NCBI GenBank assembly: GCA_964480675.1
Contig: CAYZPD010000002.1
Coordinates: forward strand, 172,538-236,537
Source: an uncultured Candidatus Saccharibacteria bacterium
Lineage (GTDB): Bacteria > Patescibacteriota > Saccharimonadia > Saccharimonadales > Saccharimonadaceae
DNA: 64,000 nucleotides
Direction: 5' to 3'
Positions 36,591 through 46,052 of the stretch are shown here, piece after piece. The notes beneath the pieces were generated by a model. It saw nothing but the letters and a program-made list of their open reading frames with translations, did no database searches and was not told where the DNA came from. Within the stretch, counting starts at the first letter, position 1. Every line of letters begins with the position of its first letter. Both the position numbers and the translations under genes were made by a program.

Positions 36591-37133
36591 TTACTTTAAT
36601 GCCTTTACTTCTACGATAAACATGAGAGGACCTGTTGGACGACCGCTGCCATCGTCGATATTGCCATATGCCATATCTGCCGGAATTGTCAGACGAACTG
36701 TTGAGCCAACTTTCACACCCGTAAGTCCTTGTGTCCAGCCCTTAATAACTCCCGACAGGCTAAAGTCAATTGGCGCTACCTTACCATCTTTGTTCGTACT
36801 ATCGAAAATACTACCCTCAGATGTCCAACCAAAATAGTTAGCCGTGATCGTCGAGTCTGCCGCGAGCACCGCACCATCACCTTCCTTGAGTGTTTCTACT
36901 TTGAGTTCTTTAACACTATCTGCATCAAATTTTTGGATGCTATAGCCATCAAGCGGCTTGTTGGACTTTCGCATATCCTCAATGAGCTTCTGATATTCTT
37001 TTTGTGCGTTGTCCTGGTCAATTTTTTGATTATTGTTCGCAAGTATAATCACGAAAAACGAACCGATGGTTCCAACGGCAAGCACAACGGCAATAATCCA
37101 AATTCCAATACGCTGACTTTTGGTAGTAGACAT
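36591..37133 (-). CDS. membrane-anchored FKBP-type peptidyl-prolyl cis-trans isomerase
   Basis: N-terminal TM IGIWIIAVVLAVGTIGSFFVIIL. The FKBP core reads NYFGW...GSIFDST ... VIKGWTQGL ... IPADMAYG. Confidence 0.88.
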   Translation of the reverse strand: MSTTKSQRIGIWIIAVVLAVGTIGSFFVIILANNNQKIDQDNAQKEYQKLIEDMRKSNKPLDGYSIQKFDADSVKELKVETLKEGDGAVLAADSTITANYFGWTSEGSIFDSTNKDGKVAPIDFSLSGVIKGWTQGLTGVKVGSTVRLTIPADMAYGNIDDGSGRPTGPLMFIVEVKALK

Positions 37134-37177
37134 AATTCTCCCTCTCTTTTGCTCCCACCATTATAACAGACAAAGTG

Positions 37178-38365
37178 CTATTTCTTCGGAGGAGTCGGTG
37201 TGAAGTAGTCGTCTTCGATTTCTGTTTGTGCACGCCATACACCGAGTGCCTGGCCAAGCGGCATGATGTCGTGATAACCAACAACATCGGCAGCACGACG
37301 TATCAGTGCAGCTACCCAACCATAGAGACGCAGGAAGCGCCACTCAAATGCAGCCCAGCTTTCCCCAAGCGGTACCACTACCGGTGGCATGACCGGACGA
37401 TATTTATGCAGTAGTTTATTTGCCTGACGTCGCTTGAAATTACGGCTAACAAACACCGCATCGTGCAGAGCAGTTTGCGCCAGACCGCTGTATGGAGTAA
37501 ATGCATTGTCACCGATGACATATATACCGTCTTTTGTTCGCAAATGATGGTTGACAACCACTTTGCCGTTTTTTGCGAGTTCAAAATGTTCGGCATTTGC
37601 CGCAAAGAACGGATGATTTGCTACACCTGATGTCCATATAATCGTGTGGCTGCTCAGCGGCTTACCACTTACCATTAGTCCATCAACAGTCGCCGATTCG
37701 ACTTTTTTACCCAGCTGAACATTCACATCAATCTTTTGTAATCGTTTCAGAACCTTTTCACTGGTTTTCGGGTGCATACGAGGCAGCAGGCGCGGTGATG
37801 CTTCGATGAGAGTAATACCAATGCGGCGGTGTGGTAACTTGTGATGTATGCGAAGACGCTTGATATATGAGCCAAGTGCAGCAGCAAGCTCTACGCCTGT
37901 CGGACCACCACCGATAATGACATATTGTTTTTCGACTTCGTGCTTTTCGGCCATCTCTTGATAGAGGTGGTGTTTCAGCTTTTTGATTTCCGCTTCAGAT
38001 TTAATGCCATAGGCAAAGTGATCCAACCCCTCAATACCAAAGTATGTTGTGACGGCACCAAGCGCCAGAACGAGGTTTTCATACTCGTACTTGTTGCCGT
38101 TTGCACTCTTCAAGGTCTTGGTTTTTGGATCAACTTTCTCGATGGTATCAATCACAATATCAACATTGTGCTTACCGGCAAAAATAGTACCAAGTGATAC
38201 CCATGATTGCAGGTGGCTGCGGCCAGTCGCCGTACCGTAGAGCGCGGGATAGTACTGAAAATCCGGCTTGTCGGTAATAAGTGTGACTTGATTATGTTTG
38301 TGCTTGGCAAGTTCGAGTGCCGTTTTGACACCGCCAAAACCGCCACCAACAATTGTTACTTTCAT
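37178..38365 (-). CDS. ndh: type II NADH dehydrogenase (NDH-2)
   Basis: 395 aa with two dinucleotide-binding motifs, IVGGGFGG and IIGGGPTGVE. It lies next to the cyo operon. Confidence 0.85.
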   Translation of the reverse strand: MKVTIVGGGFGGVKTALELAKHKHNQVTLITDKPDFQYYPALYGTATGRSHLQSWVSLGTIFAGKHNVDIVIDTIEKVDPKTKTLKSANGNKYEYENLVLALGAVTTYFGIEGLDHFAYGIKSEAEIKKLKHHLYQEMAEKHEVEKQYVIIGGGPTGVELAAALGSYIKRLRIHHKLPHRRIGITLIEASPRLLPRMHPKTSEKVLKRLQKIDVNVQLGKKVESATVDGLMVSGKPLSSHTIIWTSGVANHPFFAANAEHFELAKNGKVVVNHHLRTKDGIYVIGDNAFTPYSGLAQTALHDAVFVSRNFKRRQANKLLHKYRPVMPPVVVPLGESWAAFEWRFLRLYGWVAALIRRAADVVGYHDIMPLGQALGVWRAQTEIEDDYFTPTPPKK

Positions 38366-38415
38366 GCCGTTTCCTTTTACTACTTATGCTTTTGCTGTAA
38401 GTATATCACAGACAT

Positions 38416-39285
38416 CTACGGTAAGAGGGGACCAATGGCCAACATGACGCAGAGGAGTAAAATCGTCCACATAGAAACCTTGAACATTCTTCGCGCCCAC
38501 AACTCTGGATACGCAGTAGTCAGTCCTTCGTTCGCAATGCGGATCCAGTACGCTCCGGCGACCAACATTACTACCAGATATACACCACCAACATAGCCGT
38601 AAACAACTAAAGCAAGCGTACTTAGGACATAAAGGACAGTGTAGACGTATATCTGTGTGATCGTAGAACGAACACCGACAACAACCGGCATGACAGGAAC
38701 GTCTGCCGCGGCATATTCTTTGCGACGATAGATTGCAATTGAGTAAAACTCCGGGAACTGCCAAAAGAAAAGGATCAGAAAAACAATAATGAGACCCGGA
38801 TCAACCTGCCCGCTCACCGCTGTATATCCGCCTGCTATCGGCAGCGCGCCAGATATACTGCCGACGAGTGTTCCGTGGATTGATCGGCGTTTTGATAAAG
38901 CCCCATATAGCCACACATAGGTCACAAAGCCAGCCACGCCGATGGTGATGACCAGCCAGTTCGTCCAAAGGTATAGTACGAAAATACCAAGCACGAAAAG
39001 CACTATGCCATAAAAAGCCATATTGCCATCGGATATCAGGCCTGTCACACTCGGACGAGACTTTGTACGTTCCATCAGTTTATCGATATCCTGATCCAGA
39101 AGATTATTTATCACGCATGCCGCGGCAATAACCAATGTAATACCAAGGATCGTTGCGAAGAAAAGTAACCAATCGATATGCCCCGCTGCTGCCAGCAAAA
39201 ACCCAGCCGCAGCGGTTAATACATTACCGTACAACACCCCCGGCTTCGTTAATTGGTAATAGGCGTTTAGTTTCTGCTTCATCAA
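38416..39285 (-). CDS. cyoE: protoheme IX farnesyltransferase (heme O synthase)
   Basis: 289 aa polytopic UbiA-family protein (NNLLDQDID). It overlaps the cyoD stop by 4 nt. Confidence 0.9.
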   Translation of the reverse strand: MMKQKLNAYYQLTKPGVLYGNVLTAAAGFLLAAAGHIDWLLFFATILGITLVIAAACVINNLLDQDIDKLMERTKSRPSVTGLISDGNMAFYGIVLFVLGIFVLYLWTNWLVITIGVAGFVTYVWLYGALSKRRSIHGTLVGSISGALPIAGGYTAVSGQVDPGLIIVFLILFFWQFPEFYSIAIYRRKEYAAADVPVMPVVVGVRSTITQIYVYTVLYVLSTLALVVYGYVGGVYLVVMLVAGAYWIRIANEGLTTAYPELWARRMFKVSMWTILLLCVMLAIGPLLP

Positions 39286-39623
39286 AATGCCATTTCGTTT
39301 CTATTCGTCATATAGTTATCTTTTTGTGCCGATGTCATATGCATCATGTTGTAGTTCATATTTGCCATGATCCATAGCGACCCAACGACAATAATCAGAA
39401 GCGTACCCGCCATAAAGATAAACGAAAGGAGCTTTGCCCGAGGACTTGCTTCTTCACCTAAATGTAGAAAGAAGATCAGCTGCACTACCATCTGCACAAC
39501 GGCCAGTAAAGTGATTGACGCTAACAACCACGGGCTTGTACCCCCATACATAACCAAAGAGTATGCCGCCAGTGTCAACAAAAGTGACAATCCGAATCCT
39601 ATACCATACTTTGCCAGTGTCAT
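39282..39623 (-). CDS. cyoD: cytochrome o ubiquinol oxidase subunit IV
   Basis: The track ORF 39282..39773 is over-extended. The ATG at 39623 (MTLAKYGIGF) forms an ATGA overlap with the cyoC stop and gives a 113-aa, three-TM protein typical of CyoD. Confidence 0.8.
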   Translation of the reverse strand: MTLAKYGIGFGLSLLLTLAAYSLVMYGGTSPWLLASITLLAVVQMVVQLIFFLHLGEEASPRAKLLSFIFMAGTLLIIVVGSLWIMANMNYNMMHMTSAQKDNYMTNRNEMAF

Positions 39624-40204
39624 GATGCTACCCCCATTAAGTACACGACCGTAAAGATGAATATCCAGACAAGATCCAGGAAATGCCAAAAGAGGCCAAA
39701 CAGCGTTAACTGACGAGCAAGCTTGCTGGTCAGACCGCGTTTCAACAAGACAAATACGAGTACCAGTAACCACAAAAGACCAATAAAGATATGGAATCCG
39801 TGCGTTCCAACAAGTGTAAAGAACGCTGACAAAAATGCGCTTTGCTGAGGACCGTGACCCTCAGCTATGAGCTTTGAGAATTCACTGATCTCTATAGTCA
39901 AGAAGGTAACACCGAGAAGGTAGGTAACTGCTAACGCACCGACTATCTGGCGAACATTACCCTTCTTCAGCCCTAGCAGTGCGATACCGCAGCTAAAGCT
40001 ACTCGTGAGCAGAATAATTGTTTCAGCCAACACCGCTGGCATTTCAAATATTTCTCGACCCGATGGGCCATCAGCTGTTGCTGTCCTGAGTACAGCGAAT
40101 GTCGCAAACAAACTCGCGAACAGAATACAGTCGGTCATCAGGTAAACCCAGAAGCCGAGTGTGGTTTTATTCAGCAAAGCTTTCTCTTCGTGCGCTTCGG
40201 TCAT
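39620..40204 (-). CDS. cyoC: cytochrome o ubiquinol oxidase subunit III
   Basis: 194 aa, five-TM heme-copper oxidase subunit III pattern (FWHFLDLVWIFIF). Confidence 0.9.
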   Translation of the reverse strand: MTEAHEEKALLNKTTLGFWVYLMTDCILFASLFATFAVLRTATADGPSGREIFEMPAVLAETIILLTSSFSCGIALLGLKKGNVRQIVGALAVTYLLGVTFLTIEISEFSKLIAEGHGPQQSAFLSAFFTLVGTHGFHIFIGLLWLLVLVFVLLKRGLTSKLARQLTLFGLFWHFLDLVWIFIFTVVYLMGVAS

Positions 40205-42162
40205 GCTTTTGCTCCTCTCAATTTCGCTTCGGTCGCAGCCACTTCCCTGGCAGTAATAGTTCGCTCTGTATCCTCACGAAGAGTCGATAGAATTGCTGTC
40301 ATAACAACGGCAATCAAGCCAGCGACGGCAAGCCACCAAATATGCCAGATAATTGCAAATCCAGCTACACCTGCGGCAACAGCGACATAGATGCCAAAGG
40401 CGCTGTTTTTTGGTAGTGTAATTGCTTCGACTTTACGAGACGGCTGCTTGTGCGCTTGCTTGATCGTCCAGTACGCATCGCGTTCTTTAACAGGATCAAG
40501 TGTTGCAAAGTTGTATTCAGCAATCGGCGTCGATGTTGCCCATTCAAGCGTTCGTCCGCCCCATGGATCAGGACCAACGGCAAGTTCTTTGCGCTTCCAA
40601 ATGCTATAGGCAACCTGGACAACTTGCAAGAATACGCCGAATAGGATGACAAGCACACCAACACCTGAAACGATGAACAAACCTTGCCAACCCAGACTAG
40701 GATCGTAGTGATCCATACGTCGCACTGCGCCCATGAACCCAAGGATATAAAGTGGTATAAATGCGAGTAAAAAGCCAACAATCCATGACCAAAATGCCGC
40801 CTTGCCAAGCCCTTCGTGCAAACGAAAGCCAGTAAACTTTGGGAACCAGTACGAGAAGCCGGCAAAGGCACCAAAAAGCACGCCGCCAATAATCACATTG
40901 TGGAAATGCGCGACCAAGAATAGGCTATTGTGAACGACAAAGTCGATGCCGGGAACAGCCATCAGTACACCTGTCACACCGCCAATGGTAAAGGTTGCCA
41001 CAAATCCCATAAACCATAGCATCGGCGTGGCAAAGTTGACTCGTCCGCGATACATCGTGAATAGCCAGTTAAATATCTTCACACCTGTCGGAACGGCAAT
41101 GATCATAGTCATAATGCCAAAGAATGCATTCACATTCGCTCCGGCACCCATGGTAAAGAAGTGATGCAACCATACAGTGAACGAAAGGAACGAAATCGCC
41201 ATCAGCGCCCAAACCATACTGGTATAGCCAAATAGTTTCTTGCGACTAAACACCGGTACAACTTCGGAGAATATACCAAATGCCGGAAGCACGAGGATAT
41301 ATACTTCAGGGTGTCCCCAAGCCCAGATCAAGTTGACATACATCATAGGATTGCCACCAAAATCACTGGTAAAGAAGTGCATACCAAACACTCTATCGAG
41401 TGCCAACATACTGAGTGTCGCAGTAAGAATTGGAAAGGCTGCAACAACCAGCAACATACTCGCAACAACCGACCATACAAAGACCGGCATCTTCATAAGT
41501 GTCATACCTGGTCGTCGCATAGTAAAGATCGTGATCAGGAAGTTCACACCAGACAGCAGGCTACCTACACCAGCAATCTGCAGACTCCATATCCAATAGT
41601 CGACTCCCGTCCCCGGACTATAAGCAAGTTCCGAAAGCGGTGGATATGCCAACCAGCCGGCTGCAGAAAATTCACCAAGCGCCAAGCTAACATTTATCAG
41701 TGCCATACCGGCAGCAAACAGCCAGAAACTTATAGAGTTCAAGAGTGGAAATGCAACATCACGCGCTCCTATTTGCAAGGGCATAATCAGATTGATCACA
41801 CCGAATATGACGCCCATAGCGACGAAAAAGATCATAATCGTACCGTGTGCCGAGAAAACTTGCTGGAATAATTCCGGAGAAATAGGACTACTTGCCGGAT
41901 CGGCAGCAAAGACTGCTTGCTGAGCTCGTATCATCAAAGCGTCAGAAAGTGCACGCAGCAGCATGATAAATGCTACGACCAGGTACATCACACCGATCTT
42001 CTTTGGATCAAGAGAGGTAAACCACTCGCGCCACAACCAACGCCACTTTTTAAAATATGTCAGTGCAGCGAGCACAGCCAACAGGCCGATGCTCGCACCG
42101 ATCACACCGCCCAGAGTAACTGGATCATGCGGTAATGCTTCTAAACTGAGTCGTCCTAACAT
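40201..42162 (-). CDS. cyoB: cytochrome o ubiquinol oxidase subunit I
   Basis: 653 aa heme-copper oxidase subunit I (WAWGHPEVYILVLP, HHFFTMG, VAHFHNV). Confidence 0.95.
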   Translation of the reverse strand: MLGRLSLEALPHDPVTLGGVIGASIGLLAVLAALTYFKKWRWLWREWFTSLDPKKIGVMYLVVAFIMLLRALSDALMIRAQQAVFAADPASSPISPELFQQVFSAHGTIMIFFVAMGVIFGVINLIMPLQIGARDVAFPLLNSISFWLFAAGMALINVSLALGEFSAAGWLAYPPLSELAYSPGTGVDYWIWSLQIAGVGSLLSGVNFLITIFTMRRPGMTLMKMPVFVWSVVASMLLVVAAFPILTATLSMLALDRVFGMHFFTSDFGGNPMMYVNLIWAWGHPEVYILVLPAFGIFSEVVPVFSRKKLFGYTSMVWALMAISFLSFTVWLHHFFTMGAGANVNAFFGIMTMIIAVPTGVKIFNWLFTMYRGRVNFATPMLWFMGFVATFTIGGVTGVLMAVPGIDFVVHNSLFLVAHFHNVIIGGVLFGAFAGFSYWFPKFTGFRLHEGLGKAAFWSWIVGFLLAFIPLYILGFMGAVRRMDHYDPSLGWQGLFIVSGVGVLVILFGVFLQVVQVAYSIWKRKELAVGPDPWGGRTLEWATSTPIAEYNFATLDPVKERDAYWTIKQAHKQPSRKVEAITLPKNSAFGIYVAVAAGVAGFAIIWHIWWLAVAGLIAVVMTAILSTLREDTERTITAREVAATEAKLRGAKA

Positions 42163-43109
42163 TAGTGTGCTCCTCCTGCTGCATGGCTATGTCCGCCGCC
42201 CGCATCATAATCATGGCCGTCTGGCATATATTTATTTAAGATTTGATCAAACAAATCAGTATCGTGCAAGTGGTAGTAGGCACTATTTGTACTTTCACTC
42301 GGCTTAGCTAGTTTTTCATACGTACTCCACTCGAGATGACTATGTTCAGGTAAATTAGCAATCGCCTGTGTCCAGAAATCAAACTCACGACGTGACTTCA
42401 GTACATCAACCTTAAAGTCCATATTGGAATAACCCTTGCCGTTGATGTTCGTATTCGTTCCTCGTAACACACCCGGACGATCAGCGATCAGGCTGAGTCG
42501 TGATGTCATACCCGTCATAGCATAGGTTTGGGTACCAAGGCTCGGAATCCAAAATGCACTCATTGGGGCATCTGCCGTTATCTCAAAATTAATCGGTGTG
42601 TTGGCAGGTACTCTTAGCTCATTGATCGATGCCGCATGTTGGTCTGGATAAAGGAATAGCCATCGCCATTGCAGCGCCACTACCTGAACCCGAAGCGCAG
42701 GTACTTTTGAATCAAGTGGTTTATACGGATCCAGCTGATGAGTCGTAATCCAAGTTACTGTACCAAGTACACACATAATGGCGATCGGTACGCCCCACCA
42801 TATCACTTCAATCCAGCGGTTACCCTCGACATCTGGTGTATACGCTGCTTTGTGACCGTTCGCCTCTCGATAACGCCATGCGAATACAATCAGCATCACA
42901 TAAACAGGCACAATAACAATGACACTGAGAAGTAAAGTGAAGATAATGAGCTGTTTTTGCTGTACACCAACACTACCTTGGGGGTTAAAAACAGGAATAT
43001 CTTTACCCTGCAAGTAAAGCCACGCGGCAAGTCCAGCCACTCCCAACAACAATACTACGGTCAACAAGATCCGTAGCGGCGTCCCAAAAACTCCAACCCT
43101 CTTCTTCAT
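42162..43109 (-). CDS. cyoA: cytochrome o ubiquinol oxidase subunit II (no CuA ligands)
   Basis: The track ORF runs to 43199 and overlaps pheT. The ATG at 43109 (MKKRVGVFG) is preferred. Two TMs are followed by a cupredoxin domain (SAFWIPSLGTQTYAMTGMTSRL, CyoA-like) with no Cys or CuA motif. The C-terminal tail is Gly/His-rich. Confidence 0.88.
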   Translation of the reverse strand: MKKRVGVFGTPLRILLTVVLLLGVAGLAAWLYLQGKDIPVFNPQGSVGVQQKQLIIFTLLLSVIVIVPVYVMLIVFAWRYREANGHKAAYTPDVEGNRWIEVIWWGVPIAIMCVLGTVTWITTHQLDPYKPLDSKVPALRVQVVALQWRWLFLYPDQHAASINELRVPANTPINFEITADAPMSAFWIPSLGTQTYAMTGMTSRLSLIADRPGVLRGTNTNINGKGYSNMDFKVDVLKSRREFDFWTQAIANLPEHSHLEWSTYEKLAKPSESTNSAYYHLHDTDLFDQILNKYMPDGHDYDAGGGHSHAAGGAH

Positions 43110-43131
43110 GCTAATGCTTTCACTATAGCAG

Positions 43132-45618
43132 CTAGACGACAGTTGCGCCAAGCTTTTTCGTAACAAGAGCTGTGAGGGCTGCCATGATGGCCGAAGCATC
43201 GTCGCCAGTCAATGTCTTGTCATACGATGTCATTCGAATCCTAAGTGTGATGTTTTTTGTATCACCTTCATCCGGCTGATAAATATCAAGTGGCGTAACG
43301 ATTGTCGACACGTTAGTATCAGACAACCCTTCTTGGACAGCCTGCTCAACTTGTGCATACGACACATCGCGAGAAACTTGGAAACAAACATCACGCTCCG
43401 TTGAAGGATAGCGACTCAGTGGATGATATCCGGCACCAGCAGCATCAGAAGCTTTCAGAAGTGCCCGAGGATCAAGTTCAAACCCTGCGGTATTGTCGGA
43501 TAGTTTAAATGCTTTTTTGACCGATGCTTTGTGCTCGCCAATGATGCCAATATACTCACCAGTTGCTTTGTCGCTTACCATCGCACTACGACGGTAATCA
43601 AACGGCGCGCTTTCATCGTAACCAAGATCTTTTTCAATCGGAGCATAGGTAAACTCTAATTGTAGTGAGGTTCCAAGGTAGTCCAGTATTCTTTTCGCCT
43701 GATAATACGTTGCTCCGTCGGCCTTGCTGGTGACAGTCAGTGCGAGTAGATCTGTTTCTTTTGGTGTCTTATCATCATCCGTCCCAAAAACCTTGCTGTG
43801 GGTTTTGTTCAGCTCAAACAGCGCGAACTCATCGTAGCCCGTCTTGCTATTCGGGTGCATCAGTGTCAGCAAGCTTGGTGTTAGCGTCAGTCGATAGTAC
43901 TGCAAATCAGGACTAATGCTATTCACGATGCGAAACGCATTGTCGATATTTTGCCCTGCCTTTTGCAGTATATCGCCGTGCACGAAGCTGTAGGTCAGGA
44001 CTTCATTAGCACCTGCTCGCACCAATGTCTTGCGAATACGTGCTCGGAACTGATCAAAAGCATCTGGCGATACGGCAGTAAAGTCACGCCTGGCCAATGT
44101 CGGTGTAATGGTATCAAAGCCATTCAGGCGCCCAACTTCTTCATCCAAATCTTCCGATATATGTATATCGGCTCGCCAGTATGGCGGCACTGCTGTGATA
44201 ACGCCGTCATCATCCACCGAAACATCAAATTCAACATTAGTAAGCGTACGTACTATATCATCCGTAGAAAAGTCCGTGCCAAGTGATGCATTCATATGCT
44301 CAGCCTTGGCGTATACTTTTGGTTGCTCTTGTTGAACTGGATACGTATCGGCAACATCACTTGCTACTTCAGCCCCAGCCGATACATGCAGCAGGTCGAC
44401 AGCACTTGCGATAACAGGTGCTGTTAGCTCAGCAGGCTGCCCCTTGGTAAAGCGGGTAATCGCCTCGCTAAATATGCCGTGACGCATTTGCGTATTGCGT
44501 AAATTATAAAGATTGAATGAAGCGCTTTCCAGCAGGACATTCGTCGTATTTTCATCGATTTCCGTGTCGCGACCGCCCATTGCACCTGCTAGCGCAACAG
44601 CTGTTTTACCATTAGCAATCACGATATCGTTCACACTCAATTCAATTTCACGGCCATCAAGTAGTACAAGCTTCTCACCCTCCCTACCTGCACGAACATG
44701 GATGTCAATTTCGCCATCATTAACCGACTTCAACTTATCGTAATCAAAGGCATGCAGCGGCTGACCTGTCGCCATCATCATATAGTTCGTGACATCGACA
44801 ACAGCACTATGCGGACGGACACCGACCCTGGCAAGGTACGTTTGTGTTTCTAACGGCGATAGTGGAATTTTACAGTCAACATTAGTTAGCACAACAGCCT
44901 GATAGCGACTGCTTAGTTCAGTATCATCAATCGTCACTTTTGGTGTCGGTAGGTTTCCGACTTTCTCTGGCCATATCACGCCATTTGGCAACATACGCTC
45001 TGGTGTATGAAATGCCTTCCCTTGGATAGCGGCAACTTCACGGGCAAAGCCGATGATACCAAATGTATCAGGACGATGGGTCAGCGATTTATTCTCTATA
45101 TCAAGCAAGTAGTCATCAAGTTCGTAGGCTTTGGCAAAACTTTCGCCTGCTTTTTGGTCATCTTCGAGCTCTATAATTCCAGTATGATCTTCCCAAAGGT
45201 CAAGTTCCTTGGCGCTTGCCAGCATACCATTGCTCATCACACCGCGTAGCTCACGGGCATCAAGCACAAAAGGATCCTTGCCATATGTTTCAGGCACTAT
45301 CGTCTTGGGTGGCAACCACGCCACAGTCAGACCAACCCGCACGTTTGGCGCGCCGCAGACAACTTGCACGTAGCCGTTATCGTCGCGATCAATACCTTGC
45401 GTAACACCGCCATCATCAATCTTTGTCACGTTCAGATGATCACTGCCTTCAAGCGGCGTACACTCGACAACTTTTGCGATCATAACCCCGCCGTACTTTT
45501 TGCCAAGATCGATCACTTCCTCGATTTCAACTAAACGTGACCCGATCAAATCAGTCAGCTCATCAATCGATACATCGATATCTGTATATTTTTTGAGCCA
45601 GTTAACTGAAACTATCAT
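43132..45618 (-). CDS. pheT: phenylalanine--tRNA ligase beta subunit
   Basis: 828 aa with an N-terminal tRNA-binding OB domain, B3/4, B5 and a C-terminal FDX-ACB domain pattern. It lies downstream of pheS. Confidence 0.93.
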   Translation of the reverse strand: MIVSVNWLKKYTDIDVSIDELTDLIGSRLVEIEEVIDLGKKYGGVMIAKVVECTPLEGSDHLNVTKIDDGGVTQGIDRDDNGYVQVVCGAPNVRVGLTVAWLPPKTIVPETYGKDPFVLDARELRGVMSNGMLASAKELDLWEDHTGIIELEDDQKAGESFAKAYELDDYLLDIENKSLTHRPDTFGIIGFAREVAAIQGKAFHTPERMLPNGVIWPEKVGNLPTPKVTIDDTELSSRYQAVVLTNVDCKIPLSPLETQTYLARVGVRPHSAVVDVTNYMMMATGQPLHAFDYDKLKSVNDGEIDIHVRAGREGEKLVLLDGREIELSVNDIVIANGKTAVALAGAMGGRDTEIDENTTNVLLESASFNLYNLRNTQMRHGIFSEAITRFTKGQPAELTAPVIASAVDLLHVSAGAEVASDVADTYPVQQEQPKVYAKAEHMNASLGTDFSTDDIVRTLTNVEFDVSVDDDGVITAVPPYWRADIHISEDLDEEVGRLNGFDTITPTLARRDFTAVSPDAFDQFRARIRKTLVRAGANEVLTYSFVHGDILQKAGQNIDNAFRIVNSISPDLQYYRLTLTPSLLTLMHPNSKTGYDEFALFELNKTHSKVFGTDDDKTPKETDLLALTVTSKADGATYYQAKRILDYLGTSLQLEFTYAPIEKDLGYDESAPFDYRRSAMVSDKATGEYIGIIGEHKASVKKAFKLSDNTAGFELDPRALLKASDAAGAGYHPLSRYPSTERDVCFQVSRDVSYAQVEQAVQEGLSDTNVSTIVTPLDIYQPDEGDTKNITLRIRMTSYDKTLTGDDASAIMAALTALVTKKLGATVV

Positions 45619-46052
45619 GCAGCACTATCCTTATTCATCAAATAGATCATCTGATCATGAGACTTCGCTTCGTTAATCTCACCCATTGGTGCACTATAGA
45701 TGCTCCAGGAATTGAATTTGTCATTGTTCTTATGGGGAAATCGATCATAGTATATAGCTCGCGCAACAACGGCTTCATCACCATGTAGTTCACGAGCAGT
45801 TGTTGCTATGTACACAGCACCTTTTTCGCCTGGAACGGTGTTCCTTTGATCTGACTCAAATGCAACGACCGACACACGTCCATCATTTCTAATATTGATC
45901 GAATGTACCGTTTGAGCATCAGACACCCAATATAAATCCTTATCGTCAAATGCAATGTGCACCGGTACTGCCCACGGCGCACCACCAGGTGTGACAGTCG
46001 CGAGGACTGCATGTTCGTTTCTTTGTAATATATCTTTCACTATATTGATCAT
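45615..46052 (-). CDS. pyridoxamine 5'-phosphate oxidase-like (split-barrel flavin-binding) family protein, inserted between pheS and pheT
   Basis: The track ORF 45615..46151 is over-extended. The ATG at 46052 (MINIVKDILQRNEHAVLATVTPGGAPWAVPV) forms an ATGA overlap with the pheS stop, and the gene's stop overlaps the pheT start by 4 nt. The pattern matches PNPOx / general stress protein 26-type proteins. Confidence 0.65.
   Translation of the reverse strand: MINIVKDILQRNEHAVLATVTPGGAPWAVPVHIAFDDKDLYWVSDAQTVHSINIRNDGRVSVVAFESDQRNTVPGEKGAVYIATTARELHGDEAVVARAIYYDRFPHKNNDKFNSWSIYSAPMGEINEAKSHDQMIYLMNKDSAA

Noticed and set aside
39624-39773. N-terminal extensions of track ORFs: cyoD to 39773, cyoA to 43199, the PNPOx-like gene to 46151, the 22158 gene to 23033, the 55247 gene to 55774, the 56003 gene from 55931, and the 47078 gene to 47389.
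   Set aside because: The extensions overlap the upstream gene's coding region or read as non-protein-like sequence. Internal ATGs coincide with ATGA/TAATG coupling sites, SD motifs or the beginning of signal peptides.
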